Assembly: GCA_965140445.1 (NCBI GenBank)
Contig: OZ223236.1
Coordinates: forward strand, 192,001 to 256,000
Source of the DNA: Candidatus Ozemobacteraceae bacterium
GTDB taxonomy: Bacteria > Muiribacteriota > Ozemobacteria > Ozemobacterales > Ozemobacteraceae
DNA length: 64,000 bases
Reading direction: 5' to 3'
The notes under the pieces are model-generated. The model did not search any database, was not told the DNA's origin, and saw only the letters and a program-made list of their open reading frames with translations. Every line of letters starts with the position of its first letter. Position 1 is the first letter of the stretch. Positions 9,529 through 18,538 of the stretch are shown here, piece by piece. The translations under genes were made by a program, and so were the position numbers.

Positions 9529-12012
9529 ATGAAAAACCTTTTTAGAACAACCACAGTAATTTTTCTTGGAAGTATTATCTCTGTAGGCCTGGTTGGGTGT
9601 GGAGGCTCAAAAAAGAAAACTAACCCAGTTTCCACAAATATAGAAACTTCGGATCAGGATAAAGAAACCTTCACAAGCTGGAAAAGCAATTCAAAAATCA
9701 GAATTGCCATGGACAATCAGAATTACGATGAAGCTGAGAATTTGGCTTTAGAGCAATTAAGAGAAAACCCACGCGATGGAAGGGCTCATTTTTTTCTGGG
9801 CAAGGTATTTTTACTTAAAAATCTACCAGAAAAGGCTGAAAAAAGTCTCATGACTGCAGTAGAGCTTGAGCCACAGAACAGAAGCTTTCTTAGAAGCCTT
9901 TCTGATGCAAGAATAGCACTTGCAGACAGAGCACTTGCAAACGGACTTCCCGGCGAAGCTGTTAATCTTCTTAAAAAAGCCATGATCAAGAATTATAAAT
10001 CTCGACAGATCAATGAAAAGTTAGCCAGGTCTTACATACTAACTGCTGCAAATCTTGAGAGAGAAGGGAATAAGACAGAAGCTGAAAGTCTGTTGAACGA
10101 AGCAATTGGAATCTTGCCTGATCAGCCAGAGATACGCGCTAAGTATGCAGATCTTTTGATTGATTCTGGGCGACTCATGGAAGCAGAAAGACTACTGAAA
10201 AAGCTTGTCGAAACCAATCCAAGCTTTGAACCAGGAATGCTTTCGTATGCAAAGCTTTTATTGAGAATGGGAGAAATAAGTGCTTCAGAAAAAATGGTCA
10301 GTTCTGTTCTCGAACTGGCCCCCGGAAATCAGGAAGCGCTTAAATTAAGAAATCAACTGAACCAGAATATCCCAATTATTTCAACCCCTGAAGTAAATCT
10401 GGCCATGGATTCAGAATCTGTAAAAGAACAATTAAAAAGTCTTGAGCAGTCCGGAAACTATGATCAGCAAATGGCCCTGCTGAAAAAATTTGTTTCTCTG
10501 AATCCTGATCAGGCATGGGCAAAATTTGAGCTTAGTCAATTAACCCTTAAACAGGGAAACGTTGAAGGGGCAAAGTCTCTGGTTGATGAATTTCTAGCTC
10601 TTGAACCTAATTCTATTGACGGTTTAATGCTAAAAGCCAGAGTTCTTCATCAGAGTGGGGATTTAAATGAAGCCCTAAACATGCTTATGGAGCTTGAAAA
10701 CCTGCACGGGGATAAACTTGAAGTTCTTAATCAAATCGGGCAGGTCTATGCCAAGATGGGAAAATTTGATCAGGCTAAAAATGTTTGGCAAAAAATCCTG
10801 GATATTGATCCAAACCACTCTGAAACATTATTCAGTTTTGGCCAGCTTGAAATGGAACTTGGCCAACACAAAGTTGCTCAGAAATATTTTGAGCAAGCAA
10901 TTCACAAAGAACCTTTCAATCCCAAATTCAGATATTTTGCAGGTTCTAATTTAATGCAAAGTGGTTTGAAATCTGAAGCGTTGGCACTCTGGGAATCTGG
11001 GAAAATGTATCTGAACCCAGAAGATCCTTATGGCAAAAGAATCCTTCTCACACTTGGTGAAAAAAGCTCTGATGGGCTATCTTCTTCCCCTCCACCTCTT
11101 TCAGATATGAATGGAAGCATTCCTTCTGTTCAAGAAGAAGAATTACCACTTGTTCCAGCCTCAGTAATTGAAGAAGCCCCGACCAGCTCAGCCTATGACA
11201 ATGCCCTTCAATATGCTCGCGGAGGCTTCTTTAATGAAGCAATTCAAGGCTTTCATGAAGTCCTGAAATCTGATCCCAATAATTTTAATGCCATAATGAA
11301 TCTTGGAAAGGTGCTCACTGCAACTGGCAAGAATTCTGACGCATGCGCATATTACCTGAAAGCGATGAAAATTGATCCAACAAACATCCATGCTCAGCGT
11401 GCTCTGGCAAACAGCTACTCAGAACAGGGACTCCACAATTTTGCGGCTGAGATAACAGATCAGGTTCGCCGAACAGCTCCTAATCAGCTTCAAGGTTTTC
11501 CTCGCTATAGAGAAAACCATGGAATTCTTAGAAACAATCCAAGAGCGTTCCGTCCGCTTGCAAAATCTTTCATTGACGCAGGTTTGACTCAGGAAGCTCT
11601 CGCAGTTGTCCAAACAGGTCGAGCAGAACTTCCAGAAAGCTCAGAATTATTTCTTCTTGAAGGAGAAATTTTCAAAAGCTTGAATCAGTTCGAACAGTCG
11701 CTTGTTTCTTTCAAAAAAGCACAGGAAAAGGACCCTCAAAATCCTGAACCATTTGTAAAAATTGGTGATTTGTATAAAGTTGCTGGCCAGCCTTCGCAAG
11801 CGATTAAAGAATATCAGAAAGCATTAAAAGCCGGTTTTATTGACGCAGACACAATGTTCGAAATAGTTGACAGGTTCAACGAATTAGGTCGAGAAGCGGA
11901 TGCAAGAAGAGTTCTGGGCCGTTTAAAAGGCATGAATCTTAACCAAAATCAAATTGCAAAACTTGAGCAACATTTAGGCACCACAATTGAAATAGAAAGC
12001 GAGAATAACTAA
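9529..12012 (+). CDS. TPR-repeat lipoprotein
   Basis: Lipobox LVGC after hydrophobic stretch; many TPR motifs. Confidence 0.85.
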   Translation: MKNLFRTTTVIFLGSIISVGLVGCGGSKKKTNPVSTNIETSDQDKETFTSWKSNSKIRIAMDNQNYDEAENLALEQLRENPRDGRAHFFLGKVFLLKNLPEKAEKSLMTAVELEPQNRSFLRSLSDARIALADRALANGLPGEAVNLLKKAMIKNYKSRQINEKLARSYILTAANLEREGNKTEAESLLNEAIGILPDQPEIRAKYADLLIDSGRLMEAERLLKKLVETNPSFEPGMLSYAKLLLRMGEISASEKMVSSVLELAPGNQEALKLRNQLNQNIPIISTPEVNLAMDSESVKEQLKSLEQSGNYDQQMALLKKFVSLNPDQAWAKFELSQLTLKQGNVEGAKSLVDEFLALEPNSIDGLMLKARVLHQSGDLNEALNMLMELENLHGDKLEVLNQIGQVYAKMGKFDQAKNVWQKILDIDPNHSETLFSFGQLEMELGQHKVAQKYFEQAIHKEPFNPKFRYFAGSNLMQSGLKSEALALWESGKMYLNPEDPYGKRILLTLGEKSSDGLSSSPPPLSDMNGSIPSVQEEELPLVPASVIEEAPTSSAYDNALQYARGGFFNEAIQGFHEVLKSDPNNFNAIMNLGKVLTATGKNSDACAYYLKAMKIDPTNIHAQRALANSYSEQGLHNFAAEITDQVRRTAPNQLQGFPRYRENHGILRNNPRAFRPLAKSFIDAGLTQEALAVVQTGRAELPESSELFLLEGEIFKSLNQFEQSLVSFKKAQEKDPQNPEPFVKIGDLYKVAGQPSQAIKEYQKALKAGFIDADTMFEIVDRFNELGREADARRVLGRLKGMNLNQNQIAKLEQHLGTTIEIESENN

Positions 12013-12013
12013 T

Positions 12014-12265
12014 ATGACTTTCAAAGACTCAACAATTGCCAGTATAGAAGAATCAATTAAGGAACTTACCATTGCCATTGAGCAAGTTGAAAATAGTCCG
12101 GTAAAGAAAGAACTGCTTTTAAAGCTTAAGAAGTTAAAAAAGGCTAAAGATGGTTTGAAGCCAAGTTCCAGAATTCATAGTCTGTATATTCTTACAATCC
12201 CGCTCACAATTATATTTCTATTTCTGGGCGTTTACTATTTTTCACAATCCAAAAACAGCAATTAG
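12014..12265 (+). CDS. Small protein: coiled coil plus C-terminal TM helix
   Basis: Tightly packed in operon; hydrophobic LYILTIPLTIIFLFLGVYYF. Confidence 0.65.
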   Translation: MTFKDSTIASIEESIKELTIAIEQVENSPVKKELLLKLKKLKKAKDGLKPSSRIHSLYILTIPLTIIFLFLGVYYFSQSKNSN

Positions 12266-12285
12266 TAGAAAAGAGCCCTCCAGCG

Positions 12286-13220
12286 ATGCGAACCTACATT
12301 TTCGGACCAGTTCCCTCAAGAAGACTCGGAAATTCATTAGGGGTTGATTTAACGCCCACAAAGACATGCTCATTTGACTGTCTCTATTGCCAACTTCCAG
12401 CAACCAGATATCACACTTGTCAAAAACAAAGCTTCTGTTCACCAAAAGATGTCATAAAAGAACTCTCAGAAGTAATAACCGAGATTGATAAACCAGATTG
12501 GATAACTATTTCCGGAACAGGTGAGCCAACTCTTCATTCTGAGCTTGGAGAAATCATATCTCAGATAAAAAAACTGAATGTCGCTCCGGTTTGCGTCATT
12601 ACAAATAGCTCCCTTTTTGCAGATCTGAAGTAAGAGCCAGCCTGGCAAAAGCTAATCATATTTTGCCAACTCTCACTACTGTCTTTCAGAGTACATTTGA
12701 AAAAATCCATCGTCCCGCCCAAAAAATTTCTCTCCGGAAAAATCTTGAAGGAATTGTCGAATTTCAAAAAAGTTTTACAGGTACTACCGAGTTTGAAATA
12801 TTTGTTTGTCCCGGCATAAACGATAGTGATAAAGAGATTGAAGGCTTAAGAAAATTTCTTCTTCCCATAAAAGGAAACGTTTCAATTTATCTCAATACTG
12901 CTGTTAGAGAGCCTTTAGATAAAAGAGTCTCCACTGCAGGAAAGAATCTATTGAATCTCTTCCGTGACAAGTTAAACCTGTCTTTTCCAATCACTACAGC
13001 TTTTGAGCATAGTTTTGTCCCACAAAAAACAACCAACTGGAATCGCGAGATTAATGAAAACGACGTCTTAAAATTGTTGCTCCGGCACCCATGCAGCGAA
13101 GAGCAACTCGTTCAGGTTCTAGGCACCAGCTTTGGCAAGGTTCAGGCTCTAATTGAGCAGTTGCGTGCAAATTCCAAAATAAAGAAAATCAATAATGGAG
13201 ACTGGATTTTAGCCGACTAA
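12286..13220 (+). pseudogene. Radical SAM protein (COG0731-like) split by a 1-nt frameshift near 12610-12630 (real or sequencing error)
   Basis: IFGPVPSRRLGNSLGVD, CSFDCLYC, SGTGEPTL in frame 1; continuation EVRASLAKANHILPTL...PGINDS in frame 3. Confidence 0.8.
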
Positions 13221-13242
13221 ATCGGCTGTTTTTCATTTTCTG

Positions 13243-14343
13243 CTACCAATCAGAGAGCTTTGGGCAAATTGCAATTTGCCAGATGTTTTCTTTTTTACTC
13301 AGAAGAACCTCGTCTTGCTTTTTGAAATAGCCATCTGCACTTATTGTGAGCTCTTTTCTTCCAGGATAAATCTTTCCAATTTTAACTTTTCCAGAAGATG
13401 ATTTGTAAGTTTTGCCATTTAAAGAAACTTGAAATTTCTTAATCTGCTTTCCGGTAAGGTTTGATTTAGCAGTAATGATAAGATTTCTATAATCAGGTTT
13501 AAGCCTTAAAAACACTCCTCCACTTTCATCGGCTCTACGCCTTAAAAATAAAGATTGATGATGTGGCGAATCAACGAAGAACTCTAAACCAGTATCGCCA
13601 GCATCAAGGCTTTTCTCAAATTTACCATCAGCATCAACATTCACTTGCTGATTGTTAATAAACAGCCTTGCTGATTTAATTGGCTTTTTGCTTAATGCAT
13701 CAAGAACCAGACCGCGAATAGTATTTCGATTGCTTCTTTCAGGCATTTTCAAATCTTTAACAGATAGGCCAAAAGCCGATTTCAATCTATTTAGAGTATT
13801 CTGTGAAACCTTGGCCGAAAGCACTTCTCTTTTGAATAATGAACTTTTAAAAAATCCTGAATAGTTTTCGTCAAATAGACAATCCGCACCCAGCACCTCT
13901 GTTATCTTTCCCCTGATCTTGCTCCCACCTTTTTTGAGGGAAGCCTGTTTAAAAAGGGCTTTCAGGGTTTGAAGCAGCTCAATCTGAGTCAAGCTTTTTC
14001 CTGGATAAAATCTGCCATCTGGGTATCCAGATAAAAGTGAGCGTTGGACTACCATGGCAATAGCTTCAAACTCAGCTTTTGACAAATCTATATAGCCCGG
14101 CATTTCTTGCGTTGAAACGCCATCTGCCGAGACAAACTCTGCATCTTTTTTCATTACTTCGGCCAAAAATTTTGCAAATTCAATTCTTGTAACATTTTTG
14201 TTCTGATCGAATCTAAATGCTGAAAGCGAAACCAAAAGAAAAATGGCTACACATATACCCAATGCAAGTCTGAAGCCTGAAAATTTCATTTTGAATTTGT
14301 TACAGAAATCTTTATTCAAAAGCACAGTTCTATTTTTTTCCAT
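13243..14343 (-). CDS. SLH-domain exported protein with carboxypeptidase-regulatory-like beta domains
   Basis: VTRIEFAKFL and LLSGYPDGRFYPGKSLT SLH signatures; IRGLVLDA...PIKSA and LTISADGY motifs; start at ATG 14343 with AGGA RBS. Confidence 0.7.
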   Translation of the reverse strand: MEKNRTVLLNKDFCNKFKMKFSGFRLALGICVAIFLLVSLSAFRFDQNKNVTRIEFAKFLAEVMKKDAEFVSADGVSTQEMPGYIDLSKAEFEAIAMVVQRSLLSGYPDGRFYPGKSLTQIELLQTLKALFKQASLKKGGSKIRGKITEVLGADCLFDENYSGFFKSSLFKREVLSAKVSQNTLNRLKSAFGLSVKDLKMPERSNRNTIRGLVLDALSKKPIKSARLFINNQQVNVDADGKFEKSLDAGDTGLEFFVDSPHHQSLFLRRRADESGGVFLRLKPDYRNLIITAKSNLTGKQIKKFQVSLNGKTYKSSSGKVKIGKIYPGRKELTISADGYFKKQDEVLLSKKENIWQIAICPKLSDW

Positions 14344-15019
14344 AACGATTCCTACCAACCATAGTCCATGTGCTTCCTGAAATTTGAATTTTCATTCCAG
14401 CTTTTTTAGCCAAAGCCTTTAAAGCCTCCTGTGCAGAAGACGCTTTAATTTCTAATGGAAATTTTTTGCGCGGCAATTTCTCCAGCTTTAGTTTAATTCC
14501 CGCATTGGCGGCTAACTCATTTAATAAATCCTCAGAAACTCCTTCATGCAAACGTAGATTTATGGACTCAAATTTTTTCTGATCTGGTTTGATAAGAGTA
14601 TTCTTTGAAACCCTATAGAATTTTTTTTCTTTCGTGTTTATTTTTCTAAGTCTTATTCTCAACTCATTTGAAAAAATTTCTATTAACGGCTCAACCAGAT
14701 CTTTCACAACTACTTTTAAGCAGTCTGATTCACCATCAGAATCCAAAAAGGCTATCTTAACATTTCCCCCAGATAAAGCAGCTGCATGGTTACCCATTGA
14801 AAATGTGTTTTTTGGAAATGAAAAAATCCAAAGACTTTCAACCTCATCAAAATAAAACCGGGGAAAAACGCTGGCTTTGTTGTTACGGATAAAAATTACC
14901 GAATCCGCTTGCTCCTCTTTAAGGACAATTGAGTTCTGATCTTTATTTGAAAAGGCAAATCCAACATTAAAAGATAAAATGATTGTTAGAAGAAAAAATA
15001 AAGCAACCAATCGCATCAT
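14330..15019 (-). CDS. Exported protein with AMIN-like and STN/secretin-N0-like domains
   Basis: Signal peptide; C-terminal INLRL..DLLNELAANAGIKL..EALKALAKKAGMKIQISG pattern; AGGAG RBS. Confidence 0.55.
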   Translation of the reverse strand: MMRLVALFFLLTIILSFNVGFAFSNKDQNSIVLKEEQADSVIFIRNNKASVFPRFYFDEVESLWIFSFPKNTFSMGNHAAALSGGNVKIAFLDSDGESDCLKVVVKDLVEPLIEIFSNELRIRLRKINTKEKKFYRVSKNTLIKPDQKKFESINLRLHEGVSEDLLNELAANAGIKLKLEKLPRKKFPLEIKASSAQEALKALAKKAGMKIQISGSTWTMVGRNRYGKK

Positions 15020-15020
15020 G

Positions 15021-15698
15021 CTAATTCGCTCTCCTAAAACCAAAAATTTGATTCAAAAAGCAATAAACATTCAGACGACTAATGTCTTCAAAGACGAGGT
15101 CTAGCTCTCTTGAATCAATGTGAAAATCAACTTTGCCTGCTAAACTTTTTATTCTGGATTTGATTTTCTCACCATTTATAGATTCTGAGCTACTAAATAA
15201 GTAATCCTCAATAAAAGCCAGCTGCCCTTTCTCTTTCAAAACCATCATTGTTGAGTTCCAGGCATCTACGCTAATCGGCTTTGCCGGGTAAAATTCGGCA
15301 GCTGGTCCTGCCTTTATAGCCTTCAGATTAATCAAATAATCGCAATATTGATAAACAGGGTGGTTTAAAGGAATATCCGAAAAAATTTGCAAATTTTCCG
15401 TTGCAGCATTTGTTACTTTTGAAAAAGTTAGCAATGAAACAATAGTTATAAGTAGCGAAAGAAAAAATCCCATAGCTGCAGCCTTACCGATTCTACCAAG
15501 GGATTTAGTAAGCTTTAAGATTTTATAAAATGCGGTTTCAAACATCGAAGCAAGTTTATTGAGAGAACTTTCACGTTTTAATCTAGTTCGTACAAACTCC
15601 AGCTGATTTCCACATTTTCCGCAAAATTTTGCATTAAGAGAAACTTTTGCAAGGCAAAACTGGCATGACCTGTCGATATTTCTCTTTCTTTTATTCAT
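15021..15698 (-). CDS. Zinc-ribbon + TM + SLH-like protein
   Basis: CQFC...AKFCGKCG; TM helix; FSDIPLNHPVY...FYPAKPIS. Confidence 0.7.
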   Translation of the reverse strand: MNKRKRNIDRSCQFCLAKVSLNAKFCGKCGNQLEFVRTRLKRESSLNKLASMFETAFYKILKLTKSLGRIGKAAAMGFFLSLLITIVSLLTFSKVTNAATENLQIFSDIPLNHPVYQYCDYLINLKAIKAGPAAEFYPAKPISVDAWNSTMMVLKEKGQLAFIEDYLFSSSESINGEKIKSRIKSLAGKVDFHIDSRELDLVFEDISRLNVYCFLNQIFGFRRAN

Positions 15699-15732
15699 GC
15701 TGGATTTTGCCGTCCATTATTCTTTTTTTATA

Positions 15733-15760
15733 GTATCGGCAATCCAACAAGGAAACCTGA
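15733..15760 (-). promoter_or_regulatory. Putative sigma28 (FliA/SigD-type) promoter
   Basis: Minus strand TCAGGTTT-N12-GCCGATAC, 35 bp upstream of start at 15698. Confidence 0.6.
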
Positions 15761-15787
15761 ATATTGAGCAGATAGTGTGCATAGCAA

Positions 15788-15821
15788 TAAAAAAAGCGAG
15801 TATAAAATTATACTCGCTTTT
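15788..15821 (-). terminator. Intrinsic terminator after HD-GYP gene
   Basis: AAAAGCGAGTATAA/TTATACTCGCTTTT inverted repeat flanked by A/T tracts. Confidence 0.8.
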
Positions 15822-15833
15822 AAAATTCAAATT

Positions 15834-17636
15834 TTAGGATTTTTCATCATCCTCATCATCTGCACCCACTGGTGGATAAGGTTGAGACGAAGGTTCTGGA
15901 ACCTTCTCGCCTTCATGAGCCATTACCGGCGGATAAGGCTGGCTTTCCAGCGTTTTTTCTTTTGCATCGGTCTTTGGCATTTCGTGCGCAGCCATTGGTG
16001 GGTATGGTTGCCCTTCAAGCTTATCAGCGTGGACTCCTTCCATTGGCTCTTTTTCAGACATTTCATCTTCTTTTAAAATCATGTCATCAGAATCTTCAAC
16101 TTTTTCGAAATACTTAAACAGTTTTCTTTCAAAAGCTTTTAGAAAGGCTTCGACACAAATCGGATCAAACTGTTTACCAGAAAACTTTTGAAGCTCTCCC
16201 ACAGCTGTCTTAACAGTAAGCCCCTTCCTGTATGGTCGGTTAGTTGTCATCGCATCAAATGCGTCAGCTACACAAATAATACGACCAGCAAGAGGAATAA
16301 CCTCTCCCTCAAGATGGTCTGGATAACCTCTTCCATCGTAATACTCGTGATGGTGTAAAACACCTGGGATTTTATCCGCAAGGAAATCTACCGGACGCAA
16401 AATTTTTGCTCCAATAGCTGGATGCTTTTTAATAATAGCGTATTCTTCGTCAGTCAAACGGCCAGGTTTTCGGATAATACTATCCTTAATACCAATCTTT
16501 CCAACATCATGTAGAAGTCCAGCATAACGAACATCTTCAACTTCTTTGGCAGACATGGCAAGTTCTTCCGCAATCGCCACAGAATATTGAGTAACACGTC
16601 TGGAATGTCCTTGAGTATAAGGATCCTTGGCATCAATTGCCGTTGCCAGAACTTCAATTGTTGAAAGATAAACTTTCTGAATATTTTCATATAATCGGGC
16701 GTTTTCAATAGCTGAAACAGCCTGATTTGCAACGTTCTCCAGCATTTCCAGGTCATGGTCATTAAACGGAATATCGCCTTTTCGGTTCAAGACCTGTAAA
16801 ACTCCAACGACCTTATCTTTCAGTTTCATGGGAACACAAATCATTGAACGAGTTACAAAACCCGATTTTTTATCTGCACCCTTGAAGAATCTTGGATCTT
16901 TTTCGGTGTCAGGAACGATTACCGGCTTGTTATTTTGAGCACACCAGCCAGCTAATCCTGTACCTAGTGGTAATCTAATTTCCTGAAGTTTGGCCCCAAC
17001 ATTTGGATCACCCTGAACAATATGGAAATAAAGCTCATGAGTTTGCTCATCAACCAGATAAACAGTTGATGTTTCACATCTCATAACCTCAGTCGCCTTG
17101 CTCATAATTTTGGTAAGTAGTTCTTTTAAATCAAGGGTCGAACTAACAACTCGTCCAACATCAAGCAGGGCCGCCATTTCTTCCATTTGTAATTTAACCA
17201 GATCAACTTCAAGAAATGTGCTGATCGAATTGGTTGCAAGATTGCAAAATTCAACCATTACAGGATCTTTGCTTTCTGGAAGCACGAGCAAACCAAAAGG
17301 ATTGGCTTCATCGCCTAGTGGAATCAAAAGGTGGCTTTCACCTTCTGCATCAGTTTTAACTGTTTTTGAAATTTTTCTTTTTTCCAGTTTTGACGCGGTG
17401 AAATCTTCGCCGTAGAAGTTAAGAACAACTTCAGAGAAGCCGGCATTATAACGAATTCTTGATGACTGAGCTGAAACGTCATAAAAAATAACGCCAAAGC
17501 CTTGTTTACTGAAAAGCTTCTTAAATGTTTCACCAAGTACATTTAAGATATGGTCAGTATCCTTTCCTGAGGAAAGAATCTGCTTTTGTGCTTCATATAG
17601 AAGCTGCTGAGAATTTATTCCCTGCTGATCAGCCAA
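15834..17636 (-). CDS. GAF + HD-GYP cyclic-dinucleotide phosphodiesterase
   Basis: DAKDPYTQGHSRRV, LHDVGKIG, HHEYYDGRGYP, VADAFDAMT..RPYR. Confidence 0.93.
   Translation of the reverse strand: MADQQGINSQQLLYEAQKQILSSGKDTDHILNVLGETFKKLFSKQGFGVIFYDVSAQSSRIRYNAGFSEVVLNFYGEDFTASKLEKRKISKTVKTDAEGESHLLIPLGDEANPFGLLVLPESKDPVMVEFCNLATNSISTFLEVDLVKLQMEEMAALLDVGRVVSSTLDLKELLTKIMSKATEVMRCETSTVYLVDEQTHELYFHIVQGDPNVGAKLQEIRLPLGTGLAGWCAQNNKPVIVPDTEKDPRFFKGADKKSGFVTRSMICVPMKLKDKVVGVLQVLNRKGDIPFNDHDLEMLENVANQAVSAIENARLYENIQKVYLSTIEVLATAIDAKDPYTQGHSRRVTQYSVAIAEELAMSAKEVEDVRYAGLLHDVGKIGIKDSIIRKPGRLTDEEYAIIKKHPAIGAKILRPVDFLADKIPGVLHHHEYYDGRGYPDHLEGEVIPLAGRIICVADAFDAMTTNRPYRKGLTVKTAVGELQKFSGKQFDPICVEAFLKAFERKLFKYFEKVEDSDDMILKEDEMSEKEPMEGVHADKLEGQPYPPMAAHEMPKTDAKEKTLESQPYPPVMAHEGEKVPEPSSQPYPPVGADDEDDEKS
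15855..16016 (-). repeat. Three degenerate QPYPP peptide repeats in HD-GYP C-terminal tail
   Basis: EGQPYPPMAAHE, ESQPYPPVMAHE, SSQPYPPVGADD. Confidence 0.85.
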
Positions 17637-17683
17637 CTAGAAGTTCTCCTTAACTTTTTAACTCATTTAAGTGAAATAGAAAT

Positions 17684-18469
17684 TTAAGCTTCAAATCTAA
17701 CCTGTTTTACTTCTATGCCTCGTCCACTTTGATCAAGTTCGAGAATTGTTGTATCACAAACAATCGGGGAAGAGTCGGGCAAAGGAGTAACCGGTATTCT
17801 CTCTATCTTGCGTTTCCACCATATTTCGGGGGCAATTCCAGCAATTGAAGACTTTGAACTTATTTTCCCAGCATCTGCGAGAAATAAACTTCCAAAATTC
17901 AACTCAGGAAATGCTGAAATCTGGTTAACGCCTGTTCCAATCCAGTGAACCGGAAATCCAACATCCTTAAAATACCAGCAAATGGCCTTTTTGAAGTCGA
18001 GATCAAGTCCGGTGAGATTAACCAGAACCGGAAACTTTTCTTCATTTTTCTGAAAAATTGCTTCTAGTTCTTTTATTCCATTATTTAGAGGAAGCCTCCC
18101 TGTGCTTTGGGCAACAGAAGTCACTAATATCCTCCCGTTGAGGGAATCTATAGTCGCCAGATCGATTCCTGGAGAACCCTCTGGTAAGTTGACCGGCCGA
18201 ACAATAACACCGTTTTCGGCTGTCTCTAACTCCTGCCTTCCAGCATGTCTTAACAAGGCTTGCTCACCTGAAAAAACCAATTCTATTCCACTGTCAAAGA
18301 GCTTTTCAACCTGCTCTCTCAGCCTTGCAGCTGACAAAAAAAGGCCACTAGCATTACAAACTATTAAGCCTTTTTCTGCGATTGCACCTTTAGCTTTATC
18401 AACAAGCAATTTCAACTGATTAGCTGAAATTTCGTGCTGAATAGTTCCTAAAATTACAATCGAAAACAT
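17684..18469 (-). CDS. YmdB-like metallophosphoesterase homologue lacking metal ligands
   Basis: VRPVNLPEGSPG (YmdB RPANFPEGTPG), LADAG...IAGI (TDVGM...ILGM); collinear over about 260 aa from ATG 18469. Confidence 0.75.
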   Translation of the reverse strand: MFSIVILGTIQHEISANQLKLLVDKAKGAIAEKGLIVCNASGLFLSAARLREQVEKLFDSGIELVFSGEQALLRHAGRQELETAENGVIVRPVNLPEGSPGIDLATIDSLNGRILVTSVAQSTGRLPLNNGIKELEAIFQKNEEKFPVLVNLTGLDLDFKKAICWYFKDVGFPVHWIGTGVNQISAFPELNFGSLFLADAGKISSKSSIAGIAPEIWWKRKIERIPVTPLPDSSPIVCDTTILELDQSGRGIEVKQVRFEA

Positions 18470-18538
18470 AGGTCGAATAATTGTATCATATACGGCTTTC
18501 AACCACAACAAAAACGACTATTGAAATGCCAGACATTG

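Noticed and set aside
12631..12633. Stop-codon read-through or recoding in the radical SAM gene
   Set aside because: The stop is TAA and the downstream half is in another frame, so this is a frameshift
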